From: Dehalococcoidia bacterium
GTDB taxonomy: Bacteria > Chloroflexota > Dehalococcoidia > Lucifugimonadales > UBA3495
DNA: 64,000 nt
Assembly (NCBI GenBank): GCA_965222895.1
Contig: CBDCVB010000002.1
Coordinates: forward strand, 798,037-862,036
Reading direction: 5' to 3'
Of this stretch, positions 1 to 9,512 are shown one piece after another (positions within the stretch are counted from its first letter, which is position 1; every line of letters starts with the position of its first letter). Position numbers and translations under genes: made by a program. Under the pieces are notes generated by a model. It was not told where the DNA came from and made no database searches. It worked only from the letters and a program-made list of their open reading frames with translations.

Positions 1-96
1 GCGGGCCACCAGCGCCAGGACAGCAGTGTGTTCAACCGCGCGGTGACGCCGGCCGGCACATCCGGCCCGTCCCTGGGCGGTGTGCGATAATTCCCA

Positions 97-1257
97 CTAG
101 TACTCAATCAATCTTGGAATTGAAGGGATAGAGGCGATGCAATTTGGCTCGGGCATCCTGAGTGGTGAACCGCCAGTTGATGGTGGCTCGTGCCGCATTG
201 CGTTCGGCCGCATAGGCGTTGATGGCTCGCTGCAGGGCAGTCTCGTCGGGATTACGCCCCTGGGACAGGCCCGGGTCAACACGCTGAACTCGATCTCCGC
301 CATCCCTTCGGCAAGCTCAGGACAGGATTGAGCCAACTGGCGTGCTTGGGCGTGTGGTGAAACTCCAGCCGCTTCACGATGCGCCGGGCTTCGGCGGCGT
401 CGCAGGTCTCATAGAGGGAAGCCATGCGGTGCGTGTTCAAATTGTCCAGAACCACCCGCACTACTGGGGCATCGGGGTAAGCCTCATCCACCAGCCAGCG
501 CATCCGGTGGGCGCAGTCTTCCATAGTGCGGCGCTCGGTAATCGCCACGTGTCGCCAGCCCGCCAGGGGTTCGCAGGTCAGGAAGATGTTGCGCGTACCG
601 GCGCGGCGATATTCGTAATCCTGACGCCGCGGTGGTCCCGGTTGCACTGGGATGGGCGGCTTGGTGTCGGCCAGCAACTGGGTGGAAGTCTCATCAAAGC
701 AGACCACTGGCCGGTCTGGGTCGTAGGGCTCAGCATGCAAGTCCAGCACGTCCTCCATCGCCGCCACGAATTCACCGCCTACTTTCGGGATGCACCACTG
801 CTGCTTCCGCCACGGCTGGGGGACGTTTTTTTGAGCCTCAACCGCACCGTCTCATGGGACAGGGACTCCACCAACCCCAACTCCACCACTCGGTCGGCCA
901 GCAGCTGCAGGGTCCAGTGGTCGTGGCCAGCGGGCGCTGGGCTACACGCCAAGGCAATCAGGTGGGCTCGCCCTTGTCGTCAAGCTTCCGGTATCGGTTG
1001 GCCTGGACCCGATCCTGCAACACGCCATCCAAACCTTCCTCGGCGTACCGCCTTTTGGCCCGGTACACCGTACCCTTGGACACGTCCAAAGCGGCCGCCA
1101 CCTGTGGTGCGTTCCATCCCTCAGCAACTTTAAGTAGAATGCGCGCCCGGGCGACGATACGAGCCGAACTTTTGCCGCTACGTATCAGTCGGCTCAGTTG
1201 TTCGCGTTCCTCCGGCGTCAACTGTACCGCGTATTGTTCCAGGGCCATGTTTGCCAT
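97..1257 (-). pseudogene. IS630 transposase broken into at least 3 frames
   Basis: Three ORFs lie in different frames: 958-1257 (HTH, ..SARIVARARILLKVAEGW..RYRKLDD), 276-767 (DDE core, VVCFDETS..VLDNLNTH..HASWLN) and 97-336 (C-term AEIEFSVLTRAC). No matching frame covers 768-957. Confidence 0.8.
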
Positions 1258-1343
1258 ACCTCCTCACCACTCTATTTTGCAGTCAGCGTAGCATTTGGAA
1301 GCCTTTCACTAATACAACTTACAATACTGATTTGAACCAGTAC
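100..1343 (-). mobile_element. IS630-family insertion sequence, copy A (decayed)
   Basis: The termini are GTACTCAATCAA (from 100) and an imperfect inverse ..TTGAACCAGTAC (to 1343). Each is abutted by TA (98-99 and 1344-1345), the IS630/Tc1 target dinucleotide. The interior encodes HTH and DDE transposase pieces about 80% identical in protein to copy B. Confidence 0.75.
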
Positions 1344-1345
1344 TA

Positions 1346-2564
1346 GTACTCAGTCAACGTTGGTAGGGCATGGGTAAAACCGATGGAGTTTGGTTCTGGC
1401 GTCGTGGGTGCTGAACCGCCAGTTGATGGTGACGCCCGCCGCGTTGCGCTCGGTCTCGTAGGCGGTGATATGGTGTTGCAGAGCGTCTGCGTCGGGGTTT
1501 CTCCCCCTGAGGCAGGCACGGGTCAACACGCTGAATTCAATCTCCGCCATGTTCAGCCAACTGGCGTGTTTGGGCCTATGATGGAACTCTAGGCGCATCA
1601 CGATGCGTCGAGCCTCAGCCGCAGGGAAGGTCTCGTAAAGGGAGGCCATGCGATGGGTGTTCAGGTTGTCCAGCACCACGCGGACCACTGGGGCATTGGG
1701 GTAGGCCACGTCCACCAGCCACTGCATCCGGTGGGCGAAGTCCGGCATGGTACGCCGTTTCGTGATCGCCACGTGGCGCCAGCCCGCCAAGGGTTCACAG
1801 ACCAGGAAGATGTCGCGGGTGCCGCCACGTCGATACTCATAGTCCTGCCGCCGCGGTCGTCTCGGTTGAGGAGGCAACGGCTCCCGTACCTCGGCCAGCA
1901 GTTGGGTGGAGGTCTCGTCAAAGCACACCACCGGCCGGTGGGGGTCGTAAGGTTCGGCATACAGATCCAGCACGTCCTCCATGGCCGCTACAAACTCCCC
2001 CTTCACTCGGGGATGCACCACTGCTGCTTTCGCCAGGGCTGCAGGGTGTTTTTTCAGCCGCAGCCTTACCGTCTCGTGGGATAGCGACGCCACCACTCCC
2101 AATTCCACCACCTTGCCAGCCAGCAACCGCAGAGTCCAGTGGTCATGGCCTTCGGGTGCGTCGCTGCACGCCAACGCAATCAGGTGGGCTTCGCCCCGAT
2201 CGTCCAGCTTGCGATACCGGTTGGCTTGGGGATGGTCGTGCAGCACGCCGTCCAATCCCTCCTCCCAATACCGGCGTTTGGTGCGGAACACCGTGCGCGG
2301 CGACGTGTCCAAGGCTGCGGCCACCCGTGAGCGCTCCATCCGTCGTCAGTCTTGAGCAGGATGCGCGCCCGATTGATGACCCGAGCCGAGCACTGGCCCC
2401 TACGGACCAATCGCTCCAGTTGGGCTTGATCTTCCGGCGACAACCGGACCGCGTGTTTCTCTTGAACCATGGATGCCACACCTCCCGCACCGCTGTTTGC
2501 CAATCAGCGTAACGACCCTGGCCCGTTTCACGCTTCATCTGCCTTTTCAGGTTTGACTGAATAC
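1346..2564 (-). mobile_element. IS630-family insertion sequence, copy B
   Basis: The termini are GTACTCAGTCAACG (from 1346) and its inverse GTTTGACTGAATAC (2551-2564), flanked by TA (1344-1345 and 2565-2566). It has the same orientation as copy A and shares the junction TA with it. Confidence 0.8.
1350..2470 (-). pseudogene. IS630 transposase with one frameshift in the HTH region
   Basis: ORF 1350-2339 carries the complete DDE domain (VVCFDETS..DNLNTH..HASWLNMAEIEF). The N-terminal HTH (MVQEKHAVRLSPEDQAQLERLVRRGQCSARVINRARILLKTDDGW) is in another frame (ORF 2180-2503, probable ATG at 2470). Copy A reads straight through the equivalent point, so this looks like a mutation rather than programmed frameshifting. 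Confidence 0.7.
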
Positions 2565-2566
2565 TA

Positions 2567-3615
2567 GCGCTCGTGCATTCGATGCACCAGTCTTTGAAGC
2601 CGCTGCGGAAGCCAAGGGCAACAGCCGGTATTGCGAGCCTCCGCAACATGGCCGTGAACACCATGTCGGACAACGGCTTCCCGCGGAGACCCGGGAACAC
2701 CAGTGCGCCATATCCATCGGCCAACTCTTCGACCTGCCGAAGCACCTCTATTGACCTGCCGGACAGTGGCACCTGGTGTTCGCGGCGCGCCTTCATTCGT
2801 TCAGCGGGCACCGTCCATTTTCGTTTTGTCCAATCAATTTCAGCCCAGGTAGCGAGCCTGACCTCGCCACTGCGTGCCGCCGTCAGCACCAGGAACTCAA
2901 AGGCCAACTTGGTGACGGTGTCCGAAGTTGACGTCCGGACTTTTTCCAACGCCGGCGGCACGTCTCGGTAGTGCAGCGCCGGATGGTGCTGCTTGGTTCG
3001 TGGCGTCTTCGGCAACACCTTAGTTATGGAACGAATGGCAGGGTTGTCAGTCCGATAGCCTTGGGCGACAGCCCAATCCAGAACCGTTTCCGCCCGCTGG
3101 CGCACCCGACTGGCCGTTTCGGGTTTCTCCATCCACATTGGCGACAGGACGGCCAGGATGTCCGCGCTGGTGATGTCGGAAACCAACTTGTCCCCAATCA
3201 CGGGGTGAGCATAGGTGGCGAGCGTACTGGTCCATTGGGCGGCGTGTTTCGCGTTCGTCCAGCTTGGGCGGCGCAATTCGATCACGATTTCCACCGCTGC
3301 AGCGAAGGTCGGCGTGGGCGGTCTCTGGCGGGCTGCGATCGCCTCGCGTTTCTCCGCCAGCGGATCGCGGCCTTCCCGGATCATCCTGGAGTTGGCCAAG
3401 GCGTCCTTGCGTGCCTCCGCCAGGGAAACGGTCGGGTACCCGCCGAGGCCCAAATTTCGGCGTTTGCCGTCAATGGTAACCCGCTGGAACCGATACTTGG
3501 TTCCGGAAGCTTCTACCCGTAGATTGAGGCCGCCCCCGTCCGAGTATGTGCCCGCTTTTTGAACCGACTGAACGAAAACCGCGGAAAGGGAGTTGCGCTT
3601 GCGTTTGGGAGTCAT
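2567..3615 (-). pseudogene. P4-type tyrosine integrase, 3' end removed by IS630 insertion
   Basis: The N-terminus is typical of tRNA-associated integrases (GTYSDGGGLNLRVEASGTKYRFQRVTIDGKRR..LGGYPTVSLAEARK), and the core has LTAARSGEVR. Homology ends at ..LGFRSGFKDWCIECT, exactly at the IS630 end. The usual HGFR histidine is Leu, and no catalytic Tyr segment follows. The rest of track ORF 2143-3615 is read-through into the IS. Confidence 0.8.
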
Positions 3616-3692
3616 CGAACCCTGATCTGCCTATACCAGTTCTATGCCATTATTTCAGCGGATGCGGCGGGATTTGGGTGGACGTTACAGGA

Positions 3693-3735
3693 CACAAAAA
3701 TGGCCGTTGCCTACTCACATCAAATAGGCAACGGC
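3693..3735 (-). terminator. Rho-independent terminator downstream of tRNA-Ser
   Basis: An 11-bp perfect stem GCCGTTGCCTA/TAGGCAACGGC (3703-3713 and 3725-3735) is followed on the minus strand by a U-run (plus-strand AAAAA, 3696-3700). Confidence 0.6.
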
Positions 3736-3764
3736 TGATGGTCGGGGATATTTACGATGTAAAA

Positions 3765-3854
3765 TGGCGGAGAGGGCGGGATTCGAACCCGCGAGAGGCG
3801 TTAACCCCTACGCGATTTCCAGTCGCGCCCATTCGTCCACTCTGGCACCTCTCC
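3765..3854 (-). tRNA. tRNA-Ser (anticodon GGA), CCA encoded
   Basis: The reverse complement is GGAGAGGTGCCAGAGTGG..CGCGA-CTGGAAA-TCGCG..long variable arm..GCGGG-TTCGAAT-CCCGC-CCTCTCC-G-CCA. The acceptor, anticodon and T stems all pair. Confidence 0.9.
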
Positions 3855-3959
3855 GCAAGAAGGCCGGTTTTGGAGCGGGCCGCTGGGGCCGCTACGTTTG
3901 GGCGGGGCACATTATAGCACGCCCCTGGGACGGGCGGCCCGGAGCCTGCTTACCGCTTT

Positions 3960-5186
3960 GGCAATCGCGTCTTATCCGAGGAGGACTTTGCGCAGATAGT
4001 CCTGATTCCATCCGGCGTTGAGCCGCTTGCCTTGGATGCCCACTTTCAAGGTTCTTTCGTTCTTCAACAAGTTGTGTCCAATCTGCCTCAGTGTGGCCAG
4101 GTTCTGTGGTCCGTGATCCTTGCGCACTCGACACTGGTCTTCGCGAAAGGTTACGTCCAACGTCCAGTGCAGTGAGTTTTCGATGCTCCAGTGGCTCCTG
4201 ACGGCAGCCAGCAGTTGTTCCGCTGGGGCCGCCCGGCTGCTGATGTAGTAGCGGGGATGGCTGATGCCGCCCGCTCCGGTTTGACGGTGGCCCACCACTC
4301 TAACCGCCGCCTTCAGTTGCGGCCATTGACCCTGGGGGTCCAGATAGTCCAGGCAGTCTGCCTCCGTGATGGTCCAGCATTCCCGCCGTTCCACTCGTCC
4401 GTGTCCCTTGTCCACGGTTTGAGCATAGTCATAGGGCACACCGTCAAAACCCAACGCCTCGGCCCCCTCGAACAGGTCTCGGATGCCCTCATGGAGCTGA
4501 CCCTGGTTCTCCTTCACCGCGAGCACGTAGTCGGCTCCACCGTCGGTGATCTGCTCGGCGATCTCCCGCTGGCATCCCATAGCGTCGATGGTTACGATGC
4601 AGTCGTGCAACTCCAGCATCTCCAGCAGTTGGGGAATGGCGGTGATCTCATTGGACTGCTCTGCAGTCTTGACCGGGCCCAAAGTCAGGGCGTTCCGCGT
4701 GGCCCAGGCGCTGACCAGGTGTATGGCCCCCTGGTTACCCGCCCGATCATACGACCGTCGGGCCGTCTTCCCGTCAATGGCCACCACCGCACCCGGCAGC
4801 AGCTCTGCGATGGCCTGGGTCCAGGACACGAAGCAGTTCTGCAACTGCACTGGGTCCAGCCGGGCGAAAACATCGCCGCAGGTGTCATGGGATGGGATGC
4901 CACTGGGCAATTCCAGGAAGGTTTGAAACCAGGCCAGCTTGCTCTTGCCGAAGAGTTCGATATGGACCCAAGAATCGGCGCCGCAGATGGTGGCGCAAAT
5001 GGCGATGGCGAGGATGTCCACCAGTTGGTGGCGTCGGGTGCGTTCCACCCGTGGGTCGTCCAGCTCAGCGAAATGATCGAGAATAGTTGCCTTGGGTGGT
5101 TGTGCCATGGTCCCCTGCCTCCACATCGGTCAACGGATCACGGCACGTTAGCATATTTCTAAAAATGTTATTAAGACGCGATTGCC
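3960..5186 (-). mobile_element. ISAs1-family insertion sequence (intact)
   Basis: 15-bp terminal inverted repeats GGCAATCGCGTCTTA lie at 3960-3974, with the inverse at 5172-5186. A 13-bp direct repeat TGCTTACCGCTTT lies at 3947-3959 and 5190-5202. The element contains a single uninterrupted transposase ORF. Confidence 0.8.
3972..5126 (-). CDS. ISAs1-family (IS4-like, H-repeat-associated) DDE transposase
   Basis: The N-terminal signature is ILDHFAELDDPRVERTRRHQLVDILAIAICATICGADSWVHIELFG..GIPSHDTCGDVFARLDP. An alternative ATG lies at 5108. Confidence 0.85.
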   Translation of the reverse strand: MWRQGTMAQPPKATILDHFAELDDPRVERTRRHQLVDILAIAICATICGADSWVHIELFGKSKLAWFQTFLELPSGIPSHDTCGDVFARLDPVQLQNCFVSWTQAIAELLPGAVVAIDGKTARRSYDRAGNQGAIHLVSAWATRNALTLGPVKTAEQSNEITAIPQLLEMLELHDCIVTIDAMGCQREIAEQITDGGADYVLAVKENQGQLHEGIRDLFEGAEALGFDGVPYDYAQTVDKGHGRVERRECWTITEADCLDYLDPQGQWPQLKAAVRVVGHRQTGAGGISHPRYYISSRAAPAEQLLAAVRSHWSIENSLHWTLDVTFREDQCRVRKDHGPQNLATLRQIGHNLLKNERTLKVGIQGKRLNAGWNQDYLRKVLLG

Positions 5187-5444
5187 CTGTGCTTACCGCT
5201 TTGGCTGATACACGTCGGCGGCGGGACGATACTGGCACCAGCCAAACCAGAAAGACGTGCGGGTGGGCAGACGCCAGCTGACACCGGCGGAATCCTTCAA
5301 CACGGTTGCAGACCCGTCGCCATACGGGTTGGGTTCCGCAGAGAAGACGTGCTGGTTACGCCGGATACGCGGGTCGAATGCGATCCGGATGAGTCAACTA
5401 ATGCGATTCCCTGGTCCCCCAAGATGTCGCTCACACCGGAAACA

Positions 5445-6137
5445 TCACTTCATGGTCGGTGCATTAGTTGTAGTAGATTGCGCTGGGGTGGTTCTCGGGC
5501 AGGTAGAAGTCAGGTTCGTAGACACCGGTGTTGCGGGACAAGACCGTGGTATCGGGTGTTCTGCCAGCCATTCCTGCCACGTCATCACTACCGAAGGGAA
5601 CAGTGGTTGGCGGATGCCCGAGGCGGCCAACGGGCCGACGATAGGCTCGCCGGTGAACTGGTGCCACAGCGAACGGGTGGCGCGGTCGTCGGGCCAGAGC
5701 CAGGTGGCCTGTTCGGCGAGGACGTAGGGCGCATTCTCGAGCGGCGGGATGCCGTCCACGCGGACGCCGCCCCACATGATTTCGGTCAGGTTCACCGGCG
5801 AATGTTCTACAGCGGGTTGCAGCAGCGCGGCCATCGCCGGATCGATTTGCGAGAGGACGTGAATCTTCCACTCTGGATAGCGCGGAGACGGGCATTCTGA
5901 TGGGTTGCGGCCCAGCCATTCACCCATGTCCCGCCACTCCCGCAGACCGAACGTGAAATCGCCGCCAGTGAGCGACGCCACGGTTCGCACGGCATACTCG
6001 GATGCGTCTGGCCGCGTGAACCGGAGGGCCTCAAGGATGATCGGAACCTGCGAACGGTCGTGTTCGGCCGCAGTGTAGGCGAGCGCCGCCGGCGTGTCGT
6101 AGGTTGGATGGCCGACCCACGCCCAGGGCTGGTACAT
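5445..6137 (-). pseudogene. DUF3179-like gene remnant (internal deletion plus C-terminal frameshift)
   Basis: DUF3179 landmarks are present (GVRVDGIPPLENAPYV; DDRATRSLWHQFTGEPIVGPL; TWQEWLAEHP). The central segment, including the CPLC region, is absent. The expected C-terminus (DTTVLSRNTGVYEPDFY) continues in another frame (ORF 5464-5919). Confidence 0.45.
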
Positions 6138-6410
6138 ATTGTTGCTGGGATAGCAGCCGGACGGCGCGGTCGCTGATTGCCGGTTCCGGGGCGTCCGTCG
6201 ATGCCGAGGGCCGGGTTAACGATGGTGAGGCATCGGATATCGGTGTTGACCCGCTGCACACCAATGCTGCCAACACCAACGCCACCGGCGCCGCAGAAAC
6301 AAGGGCGGAAAGCTAACGGGCTGAGGCAGCCTGACGCCGAGGGAGGTCTCCGTCGGTCATCAAAGGGTCGGCGTTGGCGAGGGCCGGGTTTGGCAGGTAA
6401 GGGAACCCGG

Positions 6411-7181
6411 CTAATCGAAATGGTAAGGGTAGACGACCTGGATGACGCGGCCGTCGCGAAGGGCCTCGAAGTAGCTGTGCGGGACGTTGGGTTGCTGGAG
6501 CCAGCGCCTGACAAAGTAGGTGCACATTGCCACCAACTGGCCGCCCACCGAGTTTTGCGGCGCCGCAACGATGAGGTCGTCGTACATGGCTGGCGTGACG
6601 GTGTCAGATTCGTCGCTCAAAAACTGAACCAGACCCTGTTGTATGGACGGGGAGTCGGAACCGGCCATCAGCATGGCGTAATCGCCGACCGTCCAGGTGG
6701 AATTCATAATGTCGTCCGGGTTCATCTGCGACATTACGTTTTCGTCCAGGAACATGGTGAGGGCGAAGAGGAGGCGACCAAAGGCCAGTTGACTGGGGTC
6801 GGCGTTTCCGTACAGGGAGTTGTTTTCAGACTGGATGGCTTCCAAGTACTGGGCCTTGTCAATGTAAGACACCAGCAGGGGGGTTTCGCGGCGAATGAGG
6901 ATATTGAAGCAATCCTGAAGCAATTGGGCCCGCTGCTCGGGCTGCCAGGACCGGAAGCGACCAGTGCCGTGGTAGATATCGCGGGCGTGCAGTCGGTCCG
7001 GGGCGCCAGCCGAACCGGGGCGCACGCCAAAGTGCCGGCGAAAGAGGGCGTCGAACTCGCCCGACATCGATATGTACTGGTTTTCGTGGACCAGAAGTCC
7101 GGCGTGGATATGGTGTGGCTGCGTGGGGTCGTTATCACTGGAGCCGGTGTTGCCAGATTCGTTGATGAAAACCAGGTACAT
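6411..7181 (-). CDS. DUF3800-family protein
   Basis: The protein starts MYLVFINESGNTG, matching the DUF3800 'yiDESG' motif. Third-position GC is good. The antisense 357-aa ORF has no recognisable motifs. Confidence 0.55.
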   Translation of the reverse strand: MYLVFINESGNTGSSDNDPTQPHHIHAGLLVHENQYISMSGEFDALFRRHFGVRPGSAGAPDRLHARDIYHGTGRFRSWQPEQRAQLLQDCFNILIRRETPLLVSYIDKAQYLEAIQSENNSLYGNADPSQLAFGRLLFALTMFLDENVMSQMNPDDIMNSTWTVGDYAMLMAGSDSPSIQQGLVQFLSDESDTVTPAMYDDLIVAAPQNSVGGQLVAMCTYFVRRWLQQPNVPHSYFEALRDGRVIQVVYPYHFD

Positions 7182-7241
7182 GAATGGCCTCCGGTGCGGG
7201 AGCTGGTAAGTGCAGCGGGTCGACGATTTTCGCCCAATCGA

Positions 7242-7550
7242 TCAGGCTGACACAGTCTGGAAATCGACGTGCAAGATGCCGCCGGTTCTGGGAGCCCACT
7301 GGATGTCCGCGGCGCGGGCGACAAATTGAGTAGACTCGCCGGCCACGGTCAGCCGCATCGGTTGGCCTTCCTCGCCACCAGCGGCGTTGAGCGCCCTGAG
7401 CAGAGGGCGTTCTTCGCACTGCATCGCGCGCGACTCCATGCCGGCGCCGTAGATGTTGACTGGAATGATACCAGCGCGCCGCAGGGTCTTGACCTTCTTG
7501 CCAAGCACGGTGCGGGGTTCAAGTTCGATCGAAACCGCCTGAGTAGTCAT
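7242..7550 (-). CDS. rplY: 50S ribosomal protein L25 (short form)
   Basis: Motifs: LEPRTVLGKKVKTLRRAGIIPVNIYG...ADIQWAPRTGGILHVDFQ. Confidence 0.75.
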   Translation of the reverse strand: MTTQAVSIELEPRTVLGKKVKTLRRAGIIPVNIYGAGMESRAMQCEERPLLRALNAAGGEEGQPMRLTVAGESTQFVARAADIQWAPRTGGILHVDFQTVSA

Positions 7551-7861
7551 CGGGGAAAGGACTCCTGAAGTTTAGAGAGGTTGGCCGCCCGGAACGGTGA
7601 ACTTTCCGGGGCGGGGAATATCATAGCACAAAGCGCTCCAGCAGATGCTGACGCCCGACGCGGAGTGAGCGCGCGGCGTTGGACTTGGGTGAAGGCGACG
7701 CTCCAGGGACGCAACCGCAAAATATTGGGTTACGTAGTTGTCCGCACGGTATCTGTGGTGCGTTGGCTAAAATCTATTGACCAGAAACAGCGGTTGCCGG
7801 TAACATTAACGGACCGGGCGTGCAGTCTGCCTTTTCGTCCGAGAACACTGCGGGAGCCGAA

Positions 7862-8119
7862 ATGAGTTCAAGCTACATTGGCAAGGTCGACAAAGCACGG
7901 AAATACGCCGAGGAACCGGATCGGGTGAACATCCACACCTTTGAAGCGTCATTCCTCGGCAACCACAACACCTATCGGGTAGCGTACAAGAGCGGCGACT
8001 GGAGTTGCGAGTGCGCTTTCTTCGCCACCCGCCAGGTTTGCAGCCACACCATGGCAATGCAGCGAATGCTCGATGATATGCTCGTGGGGCGCGGTATGGA
8101 ACAGACCACCAGCGCCTAG
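7862..8119 (+). CDS. SWIM-type zinc-finger protein (small, stand-alone)
   Basis: A CxCx(n)CxH motif is present (WSCECAFFATRQVCSHTMA). The ATG at 7862 is preferred over the track start at 7820. Confidence 0.55.
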   Translation: MSSSYIGKVDKARKYAEEPDRVNIHTFEASFLGNHNTYRVAYKSGDWSCECAFFATRQVCSHTMAMQRMLDDMLVGRGMEQTTSA

Positions 8120-8145
8120 CTTACCGCGACCCATCGTTGGTTTTT

Positions 8146-8179
8146 CTGCCGGGGTTTGCGAAAACTCCGGCAGTTTTTT
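8146..8179 (+). terminator. Rho-independent terminator after the SWIM gene
   Basis: Stem CTGCCGG...CCGGCAG (8146-8152 and 8167-8173) is followed by TTTTTT (8174-8179). Confidence 0.6.
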
Positions 8180-8200
8180 GGCGCGTTAGCCGGCGCTGGG

Positions 8201-9472
8201 CTAGTCCTCGTACCGCGTGAACACGATGCAGGCGTTTTGCCCCCCGAAACCAAAAGCGTTGGACAGCGCTACGTCCACCTTCGCGTGGCGAGGCTGGTTG
8301 GGCACGTAGTCGAGGTCGCAATCCGGATCGGGCCACTCATAGTTCATTGTTGGGTGGATTTTCTGGTCCAGGATGGTTTTGACGCAGGCGACGGCTTCCA
8401 GCGCGCCCGCACCGCCCAACGCGTGGCCGATCATGCTCTTGGTGCTGCTGATTGGCACGTCATACGCCCGTTCGCTGAACAGCCGCTTGATCGCCTTCGT
8501 TTCAACAGCGTCGTTGATCGGTGTGGATGTTCCGTGGGCGTTGATGTAATCCACATCATCGGGGGTAAGGCCGGCGTCGCCGAGGGCAGCGGCCATGGCG
8601 CGGGCAGCGCTGGTGCCGGTTTCCAGCGGCTGGACCAGGTGACCGGCGTCTGAAGTGGCGCCGAAGCCGGACACCTCGCACAGGATGCGAGCCCCGCGGG
8701 CTTTAGCTCGTTCCAGTTCTTCCAGAACCAGAATTCCCGCGCCTTCGGCAGGCACGAAACCGTCGCGCTGCGCGTCGAAAGGTCGGCTGGCGCGGTGCGG
8801 TTCGTCGTTTCTGGTACTGAGGGCGCGCATCACGGAGAATCCCGCCAGACCCAGTTGGCTGATCCCCGCCTCGGTGCCACCGGTCAGCATCACGTCTGCG
8901 GTGCCGTGGCGAATGGCCTGCAGGGCTTCCCCAATGGCGTTGTTGGATGCCGCGCAGGCGGTGGTGGACGTGGAGTTGTAGCCCTGCGCGCCGACGTGAT
9001 GGCTGACGTTGGCGGCTGCCATGTTGGGCAGGACCATGGGGAAGAAAAACGGAGACATCCTCATGCCGCCCTTGGTGGCGAGGATGCGGCAGTTCTCTTC
9101 CAGTGTGGGGAAGCCACCGTTGCCGTTGCCGAGCAGCACCCCGACCCGGTAGGGGTCTTCCTTGCTGATATCCAGTTCGGCATGGGCCACGGCTTCCAGG
9201 GCGGCTCCCACCGCCAATTGGGAGAAACGGGCCATGCGCCTGGCTTCGCGACCCGGCATATAGTCAGTGGGGTCGAAGCCGTCGGCTTCGCCGGCGATGT
9301 GACAGGGATAGTCGGTGGGGTCGCAGAGCGTCATCGGGCCAATACCCGAAGTACCCGCCAGCAGGGCATCCCAGAAATCCTGCGCTGTCAACCCCAATGG
9401 GGTAACGGCGCCTATCCCGGTTACGACAACGCGGCGCGGAGAATGTGAATGTCCGTTGTGGTTATGGATCAT
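8201..9472 (-). CDS. fabF: Beta-ketoacyl-ACP synthase II
   Basis: The KAS-II Cys-His-His triad context is complete: STTACAASNNAIG, NAHGTSTP, STKSMIGHALGGAG. Confidence 0.92.
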   Translation of the reverse strand: MIHNHNGHSHSPRRVVVTGIGAVTPLGLTAQDFWDALLAGTSGIGPMTLCDPTDYPCHIAGEADGFDPTDYMPGREARRMARFSQLAVGAALEAVAHAELDISKEDPYRVGVLLGNGNGGFPTLEENCRILATKGGMRMSPFFFPMVLPNMAAANVSHHVGAQGYNSTSTTACAASNNAIGEALQAIRHGTADVMLTGGTEAGISQLGLAGFSVMRALSTRNDEPHRASRPFDAQRDGFVPAEGAGILVLEELERAKARGARILCEVSGFGATSDAGHLVQPLETGTSAARAMAAALGDAGLTPDDVDYINAHGTSTPINDAVETKAIKRLFSERAYDVPISSTKSMIGHALGGAGALEAVACVKTILDQKIHPTMNYEWPDPDCDLDYVPNQPRHAKVDVALSNAFGFGGQNACIVFTRYED

Positions 9473-9512
9473 GGAAATAAATTAGTGGTTGGCTGTTTGC
9501 ATCATTTAACAA

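Noticed and set aside
1-96. A possible missing 3' end of the integrase to the left of the IS pair.
   Set aside because: Joining across the TA gives ..ECTSASGNYRTPPRDG.. . This does not resemble the expected ..ALAH..AYxR.. catalytic segment in any frame, so continuity cannot be supported.
2143-2566. The C-terminal 140 aa of the 490-aa 'integrase' ORF.
   Set aside because: This part is read-through into IS630 copy B. Integrase homology stops exactly at the IS end (2564), so only 2567-3615 is integrase.
4191-5162. A 323-aa ORF on the plus strand inside the ISAs1 element.
   Set aside because: It is antisense to the clearly recognisable ISAs1 transposase.
6177-7250. A 357-aa ORF on the plus strand.
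   Set aside because: It is antisense to the DUF3800 gene and to part of rplY. The DUF3800 frame has the family start motif and better codon usage.
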